A stretch of 61,788 nt of DNA from positions 29,544-91,331 of the forward strand of contig NW_005201551.1 of NCBI RefSeq assembly GCF_000372725.1, read 5' to 3'. This document shows positions 58,431 through 61,788 of this stretch, one piece after another (the first letter of the stretch is position 1; the number at the start of each line of letters is the position of its first letter). The DNA comes from Emiliania huxleyi CCMP1516. Its lineage: Eukaryota. Under the pieces are notes generated by a model. It was not told the DNA's origin. It did no database searches and was given only the letters and a program-made list of their open reading frames with translations. Both the position numbers and the translations under genes were made by a program.

Positions 58431-58956
58431 TCACTCCGTCTTGACGACGGCATCGTCGATGGCGGCGGACCACTTGACGGCGGCCTAAGGGACAGCGTCG
58501 AGGGTGGGTCTCGGACGTGTCGCCGACGCGTCAAGGGCCTCTCGGCGGCAGCCTCGGCGGCGGTGGCTCCATACGTCGCCTTCTCGCTCTCGATCATGTC
58601 GAGCATGTCGATGCTGCGGGCGGGCCGGACGCGAGTGTGGGTGGGAGGCCGCCGGACTGCGGTGTGTGGGTGCGGGACGGTGCGGCGGCGCGCCTGCAGC
58701 CGGACGACTCTGGGTCGCGGCAAAGCTCTTTCGCCTCGGCGAGCGTGATGTCCTTGCCCAGCGTGGAGGACTTCTGCACCAGGCTCTCAAAGAACTCCAT
58801 GATTGGGTTCGACGCCAGAACGACCGGCGTTGTGCGCGGCCGTGGCGACGCGGCGACGGGCGACGCCGCGGCGGTGCCGCCTGCGCGTGTGGTTGGCATG
58901 AGGGCCTGCGCAGACACAGCGACGACGAGGAGGAGAAGCGAGGAGAGCTTGGCCAT
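58431..58956 (-). CDS. Small protein with bipartite plastid-targeting-like N-terminus and a CP12-like Cys pair (3 exons)
   Basis: MAKLSSLLLLVVAVSAQAL plus a Ser/Thr/Arg-rich transit-like segment. LAEAKELCRDPESSGC|SIDMLDMIE across a GC-AG intron. Probable last exon AAVKWSAAIDDAVVKTE-stop. Confidence 0.55.
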
Positions 58957-59312
58957 TTCTGCGAACGAGGAGGAGGGCGGTTACCGGCGCTGGGTGCAAG
59001 ATGGAGGGCGAGATGCGCTGCAATCAGAGGGCTGCAGGCGAGATGCGCTGCAATCAGAGGCGCGGCATCGGGCCAGCCTGGCGCGAGAGCGTGCTGCGAC
59101 GTTCGATGGGGAGGTGAGGCGGCAGCCAACGGCTCCGCGGCACCCGGCTTCTCGTGTGCGTGTGGCGGCAAGGGGCAGGACCTGAGGGATGCTTGGGCGT
59201 GAGGCGTGATGAGAGCACTCAGTCTGCGGTCTCGAGGTCTCGAGGTGATACTACCGGCCATATCGAGCGGTTCGTCCGCATCGCGCACTCGTCCCAACCG
59301 GGGGCCGCAGAC

Positions 59313-60811
59313 CAAGCTGCAGAACATGCGCGAGCCAGCGCCTACGCCGCTCAAGGAGTCAGGCGCGGAGCGCCGCGCGCGGAGCGCGCCCCGAATAAAA
59401 TTTTGAGGGTTGAGGAGGGCTAGGTGCGATTTCTATTAAGAGCTGACTCACACGCTAGGAACCACTCGGCCCACCCACAGGCCCAATCTCAAGTGGCGGC
59501 GCTCCGCGCCTGTGCAGCGGCGCGCTCCGCGCGTGTTCTGCAGCGGCGCGCTCCGCGCGTGTCTCTGGGCGCTACATGCGGCCGTCGCCGTGCCCTTCAT
59601 CAACCGTGCGCTCGAGAACTGGGGCGGGCTCAACTGGGAAGACCGCTTTCACCACAACGACAGGTCACATGNNNNNNNNNNNNNNNNNNNNNNNNNNNNN
59701 NNNNNNNNNNNNNNNNNNNNNNNNNNNNNNNNNNNNNNNNNNNNNNNNNNNNNNNNNNNNNNNNNNNNNNNCCCCCCCCTCAATGGCAAGTAAAGAAAGC
59801 GCAATTTGATGGTTGGTGGGTGGGTGGGTGGGGAGTGGCCTCGGCAGCGCCAGGGGTGCTGTCAGGGGTCGTCCGGCCACGACTGCGAGACTTTACTGTG
59901 AAGAGTGGAGCCATGTGCCGCTGTCTGGACGCTGTCTGGACGCTGTCTGGACGCTGTCTGGACACTGTCTGGACAAGCTCGCGCCACGGGTGCCAGCCGT
60001 GCCTCCGCGGGAGCCGCCTCTCGAGCCGCGTCCCGCCGGCACTGTCCCTGAGTGCGTCCCGCCTTGGTTGGCGACACGCACTCGACGAGGGCAGTCCAGC
60101 CGACGGGAACGTGTCGCGCGCCGGCGACGAATGCGGCGGGGTGGGTGTGGGTACCGAGCGCCGCTTCGGCGAAGCGAGGTTGGCAGGCGCCCCTCACGAG
60201 TCCGTTCAGACATGCCACACGCCCCTCGCAAGCGAGGTTAGTAGGCGCCCCTGGCGAGACCCGCAAGAGATGCACACACACACACACACGTAGAGGGAGC
60301 CGTGTAGCCCTCCTCGACCGTGAACCCTGGCCAAAACTTGCCGGCACCGGCGCCCGCGAGAAGGCGCCCAGGTCACTTCAATATTACTGGGTGCAGTCAC
60401 AGTCTTACCGTGCTGGGGGCGTGCAGAGAAGCGCGCCCCCCTCCCTGGAAGCGATGTCCGCCTGCTCAAGAAGGCAGAGACACAGCGTCTGCCAGACGCG
60501 TGCTACGACGTCAGGCCAGCTTCCTCGAAGCAGCGTGGCCACAACTGACTGCAACCGACTGTCTTCATGTGTCTAGACTCTACCGGTACCGCGGTGCGCT
60601 CTCCGCGCACATAGGTGCCAGCGCGCTCCGCGCGGTATCTAGCCAGCGCACTCCGCGCGCGTGTGTCTAGCTAGCGCGCTCCGCGCGTGTGTCAAGCTAG
60701 CGCGCTCCGCGCGTGTGTCCCGGGTAGCACCAACGCGCTCCGCGCGCACGATAATCCAGTGCCTACACTTGTATAGGCACTGAAACGTGAAAGCTTGTTA
60801 CTGCCAACTTG
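59313..60811. mobile_element. ~1.5-kb non-autonomous insertion with imperfect TIRs, subterminal GCGCGCTCCGCGCG repeats and 12-bp TSD
   Basis: GGGGCCGCAGAC at 59301-59312 and 60812-60823. Ends CAAGCTGCAGAACATGC and rc CAAGTTGGCAGTAACAAGC. Empty-site homolog at ~33573-33645. Includes gap 59672-59771. Confidence 0.65.
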
Positions 60812-61139
60812 GGGGCCGCAGACTCGTATGCCATGCGCGCCAAGCCCATCCCCATATTCAAGAACAAGATTACAATGAGTAACTCAACTCATCCTTTGGC
60901 AGCTTGTATTGTTGAGTATGAGTAGTCATGACGTCTGGTAAGTGGTATCCATGAATATGAATGGACAGGCAGACAGAGGACAAAACAAAACCGTACAGAC
61001 AAAACAAAACCGTACTTTTCGAGGCGGGAATCGCCTCCACGTACTTCGTGGCGCACCGACGGCGCTCGTAGCCTGGACAAGAGAGTACAACCCCTACAGG
61101 GCCTAGAGGAACACACCCCGCACCTTTTTGCCGTGACCT

Positions 61140-61788
61140 CCCGTCAGACGGTCGCCTCCGCCGCAGTGAGCGGCGAGCAAGCCCAGAGCAGCGCCCGCCG
61201 CCGCGAACTCACCTGCGGCAGCAGCCCGTTGACGGCCGCGGCGAGCAGGCAGCAGCCGCAGCAGCAGGGCCCCACCCATGCGTGCGTGACGGCGGTGTGC
61301 TCGAGCGAGCCTGCGCATGGCACGGACGAGGGCGGGTGAAGCGGCCACCCTCCACGCCGCCGCAGGAAACGCTTGTTATGATGGCGTCAGCATGATAAGC
61401 CGAGATCAGCCGAGACTAGCCGAGATAGCGCGCGCGCGCGCGCGCGCCTGGCTCCGTGCGGCCGAGGCGGCTCGCACCCTCCTCCACGCGCCGCCACGCC
61501 TCCGGCTCTCGCCTGCCAAAAGGCCACCAGAGTGCGCCCAGAGTGCGGCCGAGGTGCGGCCGAGGTGCGGCCGAGGTGCGGCCGAGGTGCGGCCGAGGTG
61601 CGGCCGAGGTGCGGCCGAGGTGCGGCCGAGGGCCGCGCCTGCGCAGCCGGTCCGCCGACGCCTTGAGAGCGACAAAGCCGACCGCCCAGCAAAGCAGGAG
61701 GGCCGGGCCGGCGATGACGAGGAGGAGGAGCCAGCTCAGCTCGACGGGTGGAGCCGACGCCGTCGCTCAGATCGAGCTCGAAATCGAG
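61140..61788 (-). CDS. Partial minus-strand gene with TM segment, entering from the window edge
   Basis: ELSWLLLLVIAGPALLLCWAVGFVALKA followed by a (CCTCGGCCGCA)n intron-type array at 61543-61630. Confidence 0.3.

Overview
Eukaryotic draft-assembly window, very GC-rich, with six N gaps. The frequent GC-AG introns, introns filled with 10-11 bp tandem repeats and the gene families present suggest a haptophyte such as Emiliania/Gephyrocapsa huxleyi (inference, not verified). Spliced genes: a coiled-coil Ser/Thr kinase, an AMT1 ammonium transporter next to an Aa_trans/SLC36-like transporter, a secreted Gly/Ala-rich protein with nine LYGK(K/T) motifs, a NIPA-type Mg transporter, a CMTR1-like C-terminal fragment, a small plastid-targeted protein and several poorly resolved multi-exon genes. 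Three intron-free or intron-poor repeat proteins stand out: an octotricopeptide-repeat (OPR) + RAP-domain protein with 14 near-identical 38-aa repeats varying at a few fixed positions, fused to a TM helix and two ShK-like domains; a HET-like + LRR protein; and an F-box + RCC1 protein. Mobile and repeat DNA is abundant: a ~750-bp GC satellite; a ~185-bp structured element 47-101 bp upstream of three unrelated start codons; a MITE interrupting an RNase H; a 1.5-kb insertion with a 12-bp TSD whose empty site is in the window; and many introns whose ends duplicate the adjacent exon. Best candidates for new biology: the OPR-RAP protein as a possible programmable, membrane-anchored RNA nuclease, the promoter-proximal mobile element, the exon-echo introns and the prohormone-like LYGKK protein. 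Exon boundaries were read by eye, no searches were run, and most ORFs in the supplied track are GC-content artefacts.
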